Part shown: positions 55,842 through 64,000 of the stretch, piece after piece
Layout: each line of letters begins with the position of its first letter
How positions within the stretch are numbered: the stretch's first letter is position 1
From: Bryobacterales bacterium
Lineage (GTDB): Bacteria; Acidobacteriota; Terriglobia; Bryobacterales; Bryobacteraceae
Reading direction: 5' to 3'
Length of the DNA stretch: 64,000 nt
Assembly: GCA_020851555.1 (NCBI GenBank)
Contig: JADZCM010000014.1
Coordinates: 59,636 to 123,635 of the forward strand
Notes under the pieces: generated by a model
Told to the model about the DNA's origin: nothing
Database searches by the model: none
The model's input: only the letters and a program-made list of their open reading frames with translations
Program-made: the position numbers and the translations under genes

Positions 55842-58800
55842 ATGAAACCGCGGCTGATTCCACTACTCGTTCTCGCCTCCTTCCTCACGCCGGCCCTGCA
55901 CGGACAGGACCTGCTCTTTCCAGGCAACAAGGAAAGGGACATTCCCAACCCTATACAGGCCGCCCGCTGGCGCGAGCGCTTGCGCCAGGTGGAAGCGCAG
56001 CGGCGGTCGGAAGAGACCGAAAAGCAACCGGCCGAGCCGGCGGCGCTCGCGGGAACCGGCCGGATCCTGGTGATCCTCGTCGAGTTCGGGGGCACCGACA
56101 CGTTCGAGTTCATCCCGACCGGCCCGAACAAGTCGACCTGGGACCCGATCGGCAAGGCTGACTCCAGCGAATGGACCGGGACGGTCGGAGACTGCTCGGC
56201 GATCATACAGAAGTACAACATCACCGGTCCCCAGATGTTCACCTACAGCGGCCCGCTTCACAACCAGATCGAACGGCCGCGCTCGGCCTCCGACGTGAGC
56301 GGCGACACCGTCTGGGCCCCGGATTTCAACCGGCAATACTACCAGGACCTGATTGCGGGAAACGGCGTCAAGTATCAGTTCTCGCGGCAGGACGGGTCTC
56401 CGGTGAATGAGGACCACACCGGCAGGAGCGTGAGATCCTACTACCAGGACATGTCGGGCGGGGCTTACAACCTCACGGCGGACGTGGTGGGCTGGGTGCA
56501 GGTGCCGCATTCCATCTGGTGGTACGGAGCCGATCCCTGCCCGGGCCGCCGTTCGGGCTCCTCCAGCACTGTCTCCTCGGGGGCCATCCCCACCGGCGGC
56601 ACCGACCGCTCGCTGGTGATCGACGCCATAGAAGCCGTCAAGCTGGCCAACCCCACCATGAACTGGGCGCAATACGATCAGGACCACGACGGCATCATCG
56701 ATCACCTCTGGATCATCCATGCCGGGATCGGGCAGTCGGAGAGTAGCACCCTCCTCAACCGCACGACTTACGGCGAGGCCACCCTGTGGCAGCATGCGGG
56801 CACGATTGGCCCGGCCTACCAGGTCGTGCCGGGCATCTCCGCCGGACCGTTTCTGATGATGTCCGAGAATACGGGCCTCTCCACGCTCGCCCACGAGTTC
56901 GGGCACGGTCTCGGCGCCGACGACCTCTACGCCACAGAGGGCGGCTACTCCCACCTGGGACACACCAGCACGGGTTTCTGGTCCCTCATGGCCGACAATT
57001 GGGTCGGCGTTCCCCCCGCATCGCAGCCCCCGGCCATGGATCCCTGGCACCTCGACTTCTGGGGCTGGCTCAATCCTCTGGTGATCAGCGCTCCCACTCG
57101 CGAGTACACTGTCAAGCTGAAGCAGGCCAGCGGGCCGCCGCCCACACCCGGTTCTTACAAAGGCGTCAAGATCCTGCTCCCCGATGGCCGGGCCACTCAT
57201 CCCGTGCAGCCTGCCAGCGGCCAGCAGTGGTGGGGAGGGGCGCAAAATGATACGAACTCCCGGATGACCCTCGCCAGTCCCGTGGCGCTGCCATCGACGC
57301 AACCCATCGCGCTTTCCTTCAGCACGGCGTACAAGACCGAGCAAGGCTGGGACTTCTTCTGGGTGCAGGTGTCCAAGGACGCTGGGCGGACCTGGAAAAC
57401 CCTGACGAACTCCCACACTACCTGCCAGCACGAGCGCACCTGGAAAGGAAGCGACGAGGGCTTCCCGGACGATCTGTGCGCGGCGGGCATCGGCGGCTTC
57501 ACGGGCGCCAGTCCCGGTTTCCCGAACCGCGTTACGGAAACCTTCGACCTGAGTTCCTACGCGGGACAGCAGATCCTGCTGCGCTTGTGGTACATGACCG
57601 ACGCGGCCGTAATCGAAGACGGAGTGTACGTCGATAACATCGTGATTACTTGCGCCGGGAGCCCGGTGTTCGCCGACAACGGCGACAGTGGCGACCGGAA
57701 CTGGAACTACGCCGGCCCGTGGGCCCGCAACGACGGCACTCTTGCCTTCACTCACGCTTATTATTTGCAGTGGCGTAATGTCAGCTCCACCGGGGGCTTC
57801 GACAGCGGCCTGGGGGACGCCCGTTGGCGCTACGGCCCGGCCAACACCGGCCTGCTGGTCTGGTATAACAACGACCGATACGCCGACAACGAGATCGACC
57901 AATACCTCTTCCATCCACCCAGCTTCGGACCCAAGGGCCGTATGCTCGTGGTGGACGCGCACCCTGAGCCATACCGTAACCCTGATCGCGTCAGCGCGGG
58001 TTTCGATAACGAAGCGGCGAACCTCGTTTCCCGCAGCCTGATGCGCGACGCAACCTTCAGTCTCGCCGACAGCGTCCCGTTCACCTATCTCGGCGTGAAC
58101 TACCCCGGGCGTCCGGCGGTCAGCCGTTTCAGCGACGGCTTGGGCTATTACCCGGGCCTGGAACTGGTCAGCCCCGGCCCGAACGAACCCAACCCGAAGC
58201 GGTGGATCACGAAGCAGTGGGACGCCAGCGTGGTGTTGCCCTCCACCAAGCCCTACCCGGCCAAAGCGCCCGGTTACACCGGCAACGAAGAGGTGTTGTA
58301 CGACTGCTGGGCGTACACCGGCCTGGGAACGCTGGGTTGCACCTCTCGCGGCCGGAACCTTAGTTTGGGCGCCGCCGGCGGAGACGGCATGCCGCTCACG
58401 ACCGGCGGTCAGTACGGCTGGAACGTCCAGATTGTCAGCCAGACCGATTCGGAGGCCACGCTCCGCATCTGGAACGGGTTGTACACCGTGAATGCAGCCA
58501 GTTTCGCGGCCGCCACCCCGGTCGCTCCCGGTTCGCTGGCGGCGATTTTCGGCGACTTCCTGGCGCCCTCGGTTCAGGCCGCCCAGAGCCTTCCGCTGCC
58601 GACTTCCCTCAACGGGGTCTCGGTCACCGTCAACGGCGTCCCGGCCCCGCTGCACTTCGTCAGCCCCGGCCAGATCAACATGCAGATCCCTTACGGAACC
58701 GCGCCCGGCAGCGCCACGGTGGTGGTGACCAACGGCGCAATTCCCGCCTACACGGGACGTCTCCAGATTGCGGCCACGGCGCCGGGCATCTTCCTGAACG

Positions 58801-59153
58801 GCGACCATGCGGTGGCCTGGAACAACGACACGTCGAAGTTCAACACTGCCACCAGCGCCGCCCCCGCCGGAGGCCTCATCGTGGTCTACACCACCGGGCA
58901 GGGCCCGGTTTCGCCGGCTATCCCGACCGGCGAGGGCCCCGGAGCGGCACTGTCGCTTCCGGTGGGCCAGGTGACCGCCACCATCGGCGGCCAGGCGGCG
59001 GCGGTCGAATGGGCCGGCATGACGCCACTCTGCGCCGGCGTGATGCAGGTACACATCCGGGTTCCCAACTTGCAGTCGGGGTCCTATCCGCTGGTTATCT
59101 CTGTGGACGGCAGGGCAAGCAACAGCCCGCTGATTACCGTCGCCCGGCCCTGA
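55842..59153 (+). CDS. M6 (immune inhibitor A-like) metalloprotease with Solibacter-type C-terminal domain
   Basis: It has a signal peptide and the HExxH motif LAHEFGHGLGADDLY. The C-terminal roughly 220 aa (APGSLAAIFGD...LPTSLNGVSVTVNGVPAPLHFVSPGQINMQIPYG...APGIF...GVMQVHIRVP...) match my recollection of the TIGR03437-type Solibacter C-terminal domain. Confidence 0.85.
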   Translation: MKPRLIPLLVLASFLTPALHGQDLLFPGNKERDIPNPIQAARWRERLRQVEAQRRSEETEKQPAEPAALAGTGRILVILVEFGGTDTFEFIPTGPNKSTWDPIGKADSSEWTGTVGDCSAIIQKYNITGPQMFTYSGPLHNQIERPRSASDVSGDTVWAPDFNRQYYQDLIAGNGVKYQFSRQDGSPVNEDHTGRSVRSYYQDMSGGAYNLTADVVGWVQVPHSIWWYGADPCPGRRSGSSSTVSSGAIPTGGTDRSLVIDAIEAVKLANPTMNWAQYDQDHDGIIDHLWIIHAGIGQSESSTLLNRTTYGEATLWQHAGTIGPAYQVVPGISAGPFLMMSENTGLSTLAHEFGHGLGADDLYATEGGYSHLGHTSTGFWSLMADNWVGVPPASQPPAMDPWHLDFWGWLNPLVISAPTREYTVKLKQASGPPPTPGSYKGVKILLPDGRATHPVQPASGQQWWGGAQNDTNSRMTLASPVALPSTQPIALSFSTAYKTEQGWDFFWVQVSKDAGRTWKTLTNSHTTCQHERTWKGSDEGFPDDLCAAGIGGFTGASPGFPNRVTETFDLSSYAGQQILLRLWYMTDAAVIEDGVYVDNIVITCAGSPVFADNGDSGDRNWNYAGPWARNDGTLAFTHAYYLQWRNVSSTGGFDSGLGDARWRYGPANTGLLVWYNNDRYADNEIDQYLFHPPSFGPKGRMLVVDAHPEPYRNPDRVSAGFDNEAANLVSRSLMRDATFSLADSVPFTYLGVNYPGRPAVSRFSDGLGYYPGLELVSPGPNEPNPKRWITKQWDASVVLPSTKPYPAKAPGYTGNEEVLYDCWAYTGLGTLGCTSRGRNLSLGAAGGDGMPLTTGGQYGWNVQIVSQTDSEATLRIWNGLYTVNAASFAAATPVAPGSLAAIFGDFLAPSVQAAQSLPLPTSLNGVSVTVNGVPAPLHFVSPGQINMQIPYGTAPGSATVVVTNGAIPAYTGRLQIAATAPGIFLNGDHAVAWNNDTSKFNTATSAAPAGGLIVVYTTGQGPVSPAIPTGEGPGAALSLPVGQVTATIGGQAAAVEWAGMTPLCAGVMQVHIRVPNLQSGSYPLVISVDGRASNSPLITVARP

Positions 59154-59174
59154 GTGCGCGCCGGGGCTGACGCG

Positions 59175-59408
59175 CTGGTTGTGCCGGATGGAGCCCGTCA
59201 CGATGCGGGCTATGTCCGGCCGCCGCAGGCAGGTGGGGCCGCCAATTGCGGAGTCCAACCTCCGGTCCACCGGGACGGAGGCCTGCCCGTGGAGAGGCTT
59301 TCCGGCAGGATAGGCCCCTTGCGGAAGGCCGCCGTGGAGATGCCATGAGATGAACAGGCTTCGCCCACGGCGGTAGAGGTGCGGCAGGCGCCGGCGGTGA
59401 AAGTCCAT
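59175..59408 (-). pseudogene. IS200/IS605-like Y1 transposase (RAYT-like) N-terminal fragment
   Basis: MDFHRRRLPHLYRRGRSLFISWHLHGGLPQG...VDRRLDSAIGGPTCLRRPDIARIVTGSI matches the N-terminal third of the 'RR.LPHW...YFvT..l...LP ... D..LD...GP.wL..p.iA' class of IS200-like/REP-associated proteins. The HUH and catalytic Tyr regions are missing, and the reading frame runs on into antisense of the M6 gene. Confidence 0.5.
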
Positions 59409-59581
59409 TGAAATGGAACCGACGCCGCCGGACCTGCTCTCAGCCCGTCCGCAACACCGCGGCGTGGACACTCCTGTCTGCCGCGCCGAGACTCGTCCCG
59501 ATGCCCGCCGGTTCAGCCGGAAAACCCAGGAGCCGGTTGAATTGAAGGGCGATTTTCCGCCCGCGGGAGGCACTACCGTGA

Positions 59582-61192
59582 GTGGACGTTCTTGACTCCT
59601 GGGTGGTTGCCTGCCTGGTCCCCCTGGCCGTCGCCGCGGTCTTGAGCGGCCTGGACGACCTGATTCCGGACCTGGCCATGGCGGTGGCCGGTCTGCGCCG
59701 CCGCGTGCCTGCGGTCCGTCCGCCGGAGGGTCCCGAGAGGCGGATCGCCCTGTTCGTGCCGCTCTGGCAGGAGCACAACGTCATTGAGAGCATGCTCCGG
59801 CATAACCTGGCGGAGATTCGTTACACCAACTACGAGGTTTTCGTCGGAGCGTACCCCAACGACCCGCTCACGCTCGAAGTGGTGCGCGGGATCGAATCCA
59901 GCCTGGACAAAGTACATCTGGCGATCGTCCCGCATGACGGTCCCACCTCCAAGGCCGACTGCCTGAACTGGATCTACCAGGCCATGCTGGCGCAGGAGGA
60001 GGCGTGCGGCGCCGGGTTCGAGGTGATCGTCACCCACGATGCAGAGGACCTGATCCATCCCGACAGCCTGCGCTGGATCAACCACTACATGCAGGAATAC
60101 GACATGGTTCAGGTGCCCGTGCTGCCGCTCCCCACGCCCGGCCGGCGCCTGACTCACGGCGTTTACTGCGATGAGTTCGCCGAGTTCCAGACCAAGGACG
60201 TTCCCTCAAGGACGCTGCTCGGCGGTTTCCTGCCTTCTAACGGGGTGGGCACCGGCTACAAGCGCGTGGCGCTGGAGGCACTGGCGGCGGCGCATTCCAA
60301 CCAGGTGTTCGACCCGACCTGCCTGACCGAGGACTACGACTGCGGAATCCGCCTGTACCGCCTCGGTTTTCGCCAGTTTTTCGTCCCGGTGCGTTTTCTG
60401 GACGGCCTTCCGATGGCGACGCGGGAGTACTTCCCGCAGCGGTTCAGGCAGGCGGTGCGCCAGCGCACACGGTGGGTCACCGGCATTGCGCTTCAGGGGT
60501 GGGAGAGGCACGGGTGGAGAGGCAACCCGGCCTCACTCTACTGGTTCTGGCGCGACCGCAAGGGACTGCTGGGAAACCCTCTCAGCCTGCTCGGAAACCT
60601 GATCTCGATCTATTGCCTGGCGAGTTGGACGGCGGCGGCGGCGACGGGCCGCGCCTGGACCCTCCCCGCCGCCGGCATAGACGACACGGCGCGGTGGTGG
60701 CTCGGCGCGGCGCTCGTCTCCCAGGGTTGGAGGATGGCGGTGAGATGCGCCTGCGCCGCGCGGATCTACGGCTGGCAACACGCGATGGGAGCCCCGGCGC
60801 GCCTGGTCTGGGCCAACTGGCTGAACGCCATCGCTACGGTGTCTGCCATCGGCCGGTACACCAGGGCGCGGCTCGCGCGGCGGGCGCACGTCTGGCTCAA
60901 AACCGAACACATCTTTCCGCTGCTGGAGCCGGCTGCACAGCCGCCAGTGCTCCCCCTGGCCCACGTAGACGTGCGCGGCGTGCGCCGGGAAGCGGCGCGC
61001 GCGCTGCCGCTGCACGTGGTGGAGCGCTGGCGCGTTCTGCCCTTCGAGATCCGCGAGGGGAAGATGCTGCTGGCGGCCACCCAGCCGCCGCCTCCCACCG
61101 CCCTCCGGGAGATCAGCCGATTCACCCGGCTGGAGATCCGCCTCCAACTCGTGTCGCCCCAGAACTTCGAGCGCTTGATGGCCCTGATCTGA
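59582..61192 (+). CDS. NfrB-like family 2 glycosyltransferase with C-terminal T2SSE_N (MshEN-like) domain
   Basis: GTG start with an N-terminal TM helix. The GT2 core is IALFVPLWQEHNVIESML...YEVFVGAYPNDP...PTSKADCLNW...THDAEDLIHP, followed by TM helices. The C-terminal roughly 75 aa, LPLHVVERWRVLPFEIREGKMLLAAT...LREISRFTRLEIRLQLVSPQNFERLMALI, resemble the GspE/MshE N-terminal domain. Confidence 0.7.
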   Translation: MDVLDSWVVACLVPLAVAAVLSGLDDLIPDLAMAVAGLRRRVPAVRPPEGPERRIALFVPLWQEHNVIESMLRHNLAEIRYTNYEVFVGAYPNDPLTLEVVRGIESSLDKVHLAIVPHDGPTSKADCLNWIYQAMLAQEEACGAGFEVIVTHDAEDLIHPDSLRWINHYMQEYDMVQVPVLPLPTPGRRLTHGVYCDEFAEFQTKDVPSRTLLGGFLPSNGVGTGYKRVALEALAAAHSNQVFDPTCLTEDYDCGIRLYRLGFRQFFVPVRFLDGLPMATREYFPQRFRQAVRQRTRWVTGIALQGWERHGWRGNPASLYWFWRDRKGLLGNPLSLLGNLISIYCLASWTAAAATGRAWTLPAAGIDDTARWWLGAALVSQGWRMAVRCACAARIYGWQHAMGAPARLVWANWLNAIATVSAIGRYTRARLARRAHVWLKTEHIFPLLEPAAQPPVLPLAHVDVRGVRREAARALPLHVVERWRVLPFEIREGKMLLAATQPPPPTALREISRFTRLEIRLQLVSPQNFERLMALI

Positions 61193-61208
61193 CGGCGGAG
61201 GCGCCGTT

Positions 61209-62387
61209 TCAGGTCCGGTAACTGCCGTTGATCCGGATGTAGTCTTCGGTGTAGTCGCAGGTCCAGAAGCAGGCCCGGCCGCGCCCCGAGCCCCGGATCT
61301 CGAACCGGATCACGCACTCCGGGGAATCGAGGGCGTACTTGAGTTCCGGCTCGTCGTAGTCCGCGGCGAGTCCGCCCTGGCAGACCTGATCGCCTTGCAG
61401 GAAGATATCCACCCTGTTCGGGTCGAAGGCCGCGCCGGAGGCGCCGGCCGCCGATAGGATACGTCCCCAGTTGGGGTCCGAACCCGCGATCGCCGTCTTC
61501 ACCAGGGGCGAGTTGGCGATGGCGCGGGCGATGCGCACGGCGGTCTCGTCATCCGCGGCGCCCTTCACGCAGATGGTGATCTTCTTGGTGGCGCCCTCGC
61601 CGTCGCGCGCGATCATCTCGGCCAGGTCCTGGAGGACCCAGCTCAACACTTCGTCGAATACCAGTTGCTCTTTGGAGTTCAACTTCAGCCCGCTGGCGCC
61701 GTTCGCCATCAGGAGCAGCGTGTCGTTGGTGGACATGTCGCCATCCACGCTGAGCCTGTGGTAACTCCGTTCGGCCGCGAAGCGCAGGGACTTGCGAAGC
61801 CGGGCGGCCGGGATGGCGGCGTCGGTCATGACGAAGCAGAGCGTGGTCGCCATGTTCGGATGGATCATACCGGCGCCCTTGGTCATTCCCGCGATGCGCA
61901 CCACGGTATCGTTCAGAGGAAGTTCCCCGAAGGCTACCTTGGGGACCCGGTCGGTGGTCAGGATGGCGTTGGAGAGCGCGTGGAAGTTCTCACGGCCCAA
62001 ACCGCGCACCAGCCGGGGCACCGCCTTGGTAATCAGGGCCCCGTTCAGTTCTACGCCGATTACACCCGTCGAGGCGGGAAGCACCTGGCGCGCGGGGATC
62101 TTGAGCGTCCGCCCCACCGCGGCGCAGCTTGCGGCGGCCACTCTCATCCCCGTGCGGGTGGCGCAGTTGGCGTTGCCCGCATTGACCAGGATGGCGCGCG
62201 CCGCGCCCCGGGAGGCGGCCAGGTGCGCGCGGCACAACTGAACCGGCGCCGCCTGTACGCGGTTCGTGGTGAACAGGCCCGCGGCGGCGGCCGGCACGTC
62301 GGAGACGATCAGGCCGAGGTCGTCGCGCTTGTCTTTCCGAATGCCGGCGTAAGTCGCCGCGTAGCGATAGCCCTGCGGAAGTCTCAC
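61209..62387 (-). CDS. argJ: Bifunctional glutamate N-acetyltransferase / amino-acid acetyltransferase ArgJ
   Basis: GTG 62387 overlaps the fmt stop (GTGA). PQGYRYAATYAGIRK, TTNRVQAAPV, the self-cleavage region GMIHPNMATTLCFVMTDA, and the terminal INGSYRT are canonical ArgJ motifs. Confidence 0.9.
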   Translation of the reverse strand: MRLPQGYRYAATYAGIRKDKRDDLGLIVSDVPAAAAGLFTTNRVQAAPVQLCRAHLAASRGAARAILVNAGNANCATRTGMRVAAASCAAVGRTLKIPARQVLPASTGVIGVELNGALITKAVPRLVRGLGRENFHALSNAILTTDRVPKVAFGELPLNDTVVRIAGMTKGAGMIHPNMATTLCFVMTDAAIPAARLRKSLRFAAERSYHRLSVDGDMSTNDTLLLMANGASGLKLNSKEQLVFDEVLSWVLQDLAEMIARDGEGATKKITICVKGAADDETAVRIARAIANSPLVKTAIAGSDPNWGRILSAAGASGAAFDPNRVDIFLQGDQVCQGGLAADYDEPELKYALDSPECVIRFEIRGSGRGRACFWTCDYTEDYIRINGSYRT

Positions 62388-63325
62388 CTGCCCGGCCCTC
62401 CCAGCGTCTCTCCCGATCGCGGCTGCTGCCCGTTCATGAAATCCCCCGCGCTGCACCGCCTGCGTCCATCGAGTTGAACCTCCAGCAACTCCAAACCCGT
62501 ACCCCCGCCACAGCAAACCCGCAACCGCCGGCCTTCCACCGCCAGCGATCCCGGCGGGCCGGCCGCCGCGGATTCCGCCATGCGCGACCTCCAGACATGC
62601 AGGCCCGCTCCCCGGAAATTCGTGTACGCGCCGGGCCACGGAACGAAACCGCGGATTCTATTGTAGACCTCCCGGGCGTTCATGTTCCAATCGATGAGCC
62701 CGTCCTCCTTGCGCAGAATGGGCGCGAGCGTGGCCATCGCCGGGTCCTGCTTCACCGGGAGCAGGGTTCCATCGCGCAGCCTCTCCAGGGTCTCGACAAG
62801 AAGCCCGGCGCCCATCAGGGCCAGCCGGCGCGACAGTTGGACCGCGTCCTCTTCCGGGCCGATGGAGATCTCGCGCGCAAGAAGAATGTCTCCGGTGTCG
62901 AGACCGGCGTCGATGCGCATGGTTGTCACGCCCGTTACCGTTTCCCCGAGCGCGATCGCCCACTGGACCGGCGCGGCGCCGCGATACTTGGGGAGCAGCG
63001 AAGCGTGGACGTTGATGATGCCCAATCGCGGAATGTCGATGATGTTCTGAGGGATGATCTGTCCGTAGCCGGCCACCACCATGGCATCGGGCTCAAGACG
63101 GGCCAGGTCCGCCACAACCTCCGGCCGGCGGATGCGTTCGGGTTGCCGGACCTCCAGCGCCCGGCTGAGCGCGGCAACCTTCACCGGCGGAGGCGCCGGC
63201 TCGCGGCCGCGGCCTTTGGGGCGGTCGGGCTGAGTGTACACGGCCGCGACATCGTGCCCTGCCTCCAGGATCCGCTCCAGAGTGGGAACGGCGAACTCGG
63301 GCGTGCCCAGGAAGACCAGCCTCAT
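62384..63325 (-). CDS. fmt: Methionyl-tRNA formyltransferase
   Basis: MRLVFLGTPEFAVPTLERIL, VYTQPDRPKGRG, INVHASLLPKYRGAAPVQWAI. Confidence 0.95.
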   Translation of the reverse strand: MRLVFLGTPEFAVPTLERILEAGHDVAAVYTQPDRPKGRGREPAPPPVKVAALSRALEVRQPERIRRPEVVADLARLEPDAMVVAGYGQIIPQNIIDIPRLGIINVHASLLPKYRGAAPVQWAIALGETVTGVTTMRIDAGLDTGDILLAREISIGPEEDAVQLSRRLALMGAGLLVETLERLRDGTLLPVKQDPAMATLAPILRKEDGLIDWNMNAREVYNRIRGFVPWPGAYTNFRGAGLHVWRSRMAESAAAGPPGSLAVEGRRLRVCCGGGTGLELLEVQLDGRRRCSAGDFMNGQQPRSGETLGGPGR

Positions 63326-63374
63326 CCGTCCCGCCTCCCGGACGCGGCTTCCTGTTTTCCGGCTTCCCCGCCGT

Positions 63375-63890
63375 TTACGCCCACTCGCCTTCCTTCTGGA
63401 GTTTGCGGACTCTGCGCTTGATCACGTCCCGCTTCAAGGGGCTGAGGCGGCTCAGGTAAAGCTTTCCGTTCAGATGGTCGATCTCGTGCTCGAACGCCCG
63501 CGCCAGCAGATCCTCGCCGGTGACCTCGAAGGGTTCGCCCTTGACGTTCTGGGCGCGCACGGTCACCCTGGCCCCGCGGCGCACCGGCTCCCGGAACCCC
63601 GGAACGCTGAGACAGCCTTCCTCGCTCACCTGCTTTCCCTCGATCCTCACGATCTCCGGGTTGATGAGCACCAGCCGCTGCGGAGGCCCCTCTCCGGCCG
63701 CGGAATCGATGACCGCGATGCGGCGCGAGATGCCGATCTGCGTCGCCGCCAGGCCCACGCCGCGGTTGGCATACATGGTCTCGAACATGTTCTCAATCAG
63801 CTCGTGCAGCTCCGGCGTATCGAACTCGGTTACCGTTTCCGCTTTCTTTTCGAGCACCGGGTCTCCGAGCTTCACGATGGGGTAGATCAT
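63375..63890 (-). CDS. def: Peptide deformylase
   Basis: The three PDF motifs are GVGLAATQIG, EGCLSVPG and HEIDHLNG. Confidence 0.95.
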   Translation of the reverse strand: MIYPIVKLGDPVLEKKAETVTEFDTPELHELIENMFETMYANRGVGLAATQIGISRRIAVIDSAAGEGPPQRLVLINPEIVRIEGKQVSEEGCLSVPGFREPVRRGARVTVRAQNVKGEPFEVTGEDLLARAFEHEIDHLNGKLYLSRLSPLKRDVIKRRVRKLQKEGEWA

Positions 63891-64000
63891 CAGAAGTCCT
63901 TCACCTGCTGAACGTAGCCTTCGTAGTTCCGCTTCGTCTCGGCGAGCGAATCGCCCCCGAACTTCTCGAGCATGGCCTGCGTAAGCACCAGCGCGGCCAT
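63890..64000 (-). CDS. Partial ORF upstream of def (unknown function; may continue beyond the window)
   Basis: The open frame ...[35 protein letters not shown] has a TGA sharing one nt with the def ATG (TGATG). The window ends at an in-frame ATG, so the true start is unknown. Confidence 0.3.
   Translation of the reverse strand: MAALVLTQAMLEKFGGDSLAETKRNYEGYVQQVKDF

Noticed and set aside
55863-59573. 1236-aa ORF on the minus strand, the longest ORF in the window
   Set aside because: It is entirely antisense to the well-supported M6 protease gene. Its composition is Arg/Gly/Ala/Pro-rich with no recognisable motifs except the first roughly 78 codons, which I report separately as a RAYT-like stub. 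This is a typical high-GC antisense open frame.
60950-61192. Canonical MshEN c-di-GMP-binding motif in the NfrB-like C-terminus
   Set aside because: No RLGxx(L/V/I)(L/V/I)xxG(L/V/I)(L/V/I)xxxxLxxxLxxQ-like string is visible in the tail. I therefore do not claim c-di-GMP binding, only domain-level resemblance.
1-64000. CRISPR arrays, rRNA and tRNA genes, and tandem repeats
   Set aside because: No regularly spaced short direct repeats were noticed in any intergenic region, and no tRNA-like T-arm/acceptor signatures (such as GGTTCGAATCC-type) or rRNA-like segments. The only repeat pair I could verify is the 157-bp duplication. A computational scan (tRNAscan-SE, Infernal, a CRISPR finder, self-dotplot) is still advisable.

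Overview
High-GC (hand-sampled about 63% in core genes) bacterial chromosome segment. The lineage is probably Acidobacteriota (Solibacter/Bryobacter-like). This is inferred from a CarboxypepD_reg-type TonB-dependent receptor, a PEP-CTERM protein, an M6 protease ending in a Solibacter-type C-terminal domain, and many long antisense ORF artefacts. I saw no rRNA, tRNA or CRISPR array. Most of the window (about 16-64 kb) is ordinary densely packed housekeeping and envelope content: rph-rdgB, hfq-hflX, pgsA, polX, def-fmt-argJ, a paired M16 peptidase set, M14/M28/M6 peptidases, an EPS-like GT2/methyltransferase cluster, and an ECF sigma/anti-sigma pair. The first 16 kb is accessory and defence-rich, with two blocks. 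Block 1 (about 850-5740) holds decayed IS1380 and IS3 transposase fragments, an orphan ORF fragment and a type IV McrBC system. Its McrB carries about 510 aa of N-terminal extension that reads as three tandem putative modified-base reader modules. This block abuts a 3'-truncated serine-hydrolase gene. Block 2 (9007-15860) is a tightly coupled type I R-M operon (hsdM-hsdS-hsdR, minus strand) with no integrase or transposase. It is bracketed by a 157-bp near-perfect (155/157) direct repeat of the 3' end of an SMP-30/gluconolactonase gene, and short decapitated ORF stubs sit at both junctions. This looks like the 'insertion with long target duplication' style of R-M mobility. Smaller oddities include a compact promoter/SD/18-codon Lys-rich ORF/hairpin unit, an IS200/RAYT-like transposase stub, an NfrB-like GT2 fused to a T2SSE_N/MshEN-like tail, an orphan Flp pilin next to an ECF sigma pair, and a methyltransferase whose zinc-ribbon cysteines lie upstream of any canonical start codon. 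All functional calls are from motif recognition by eye. No database search was run.
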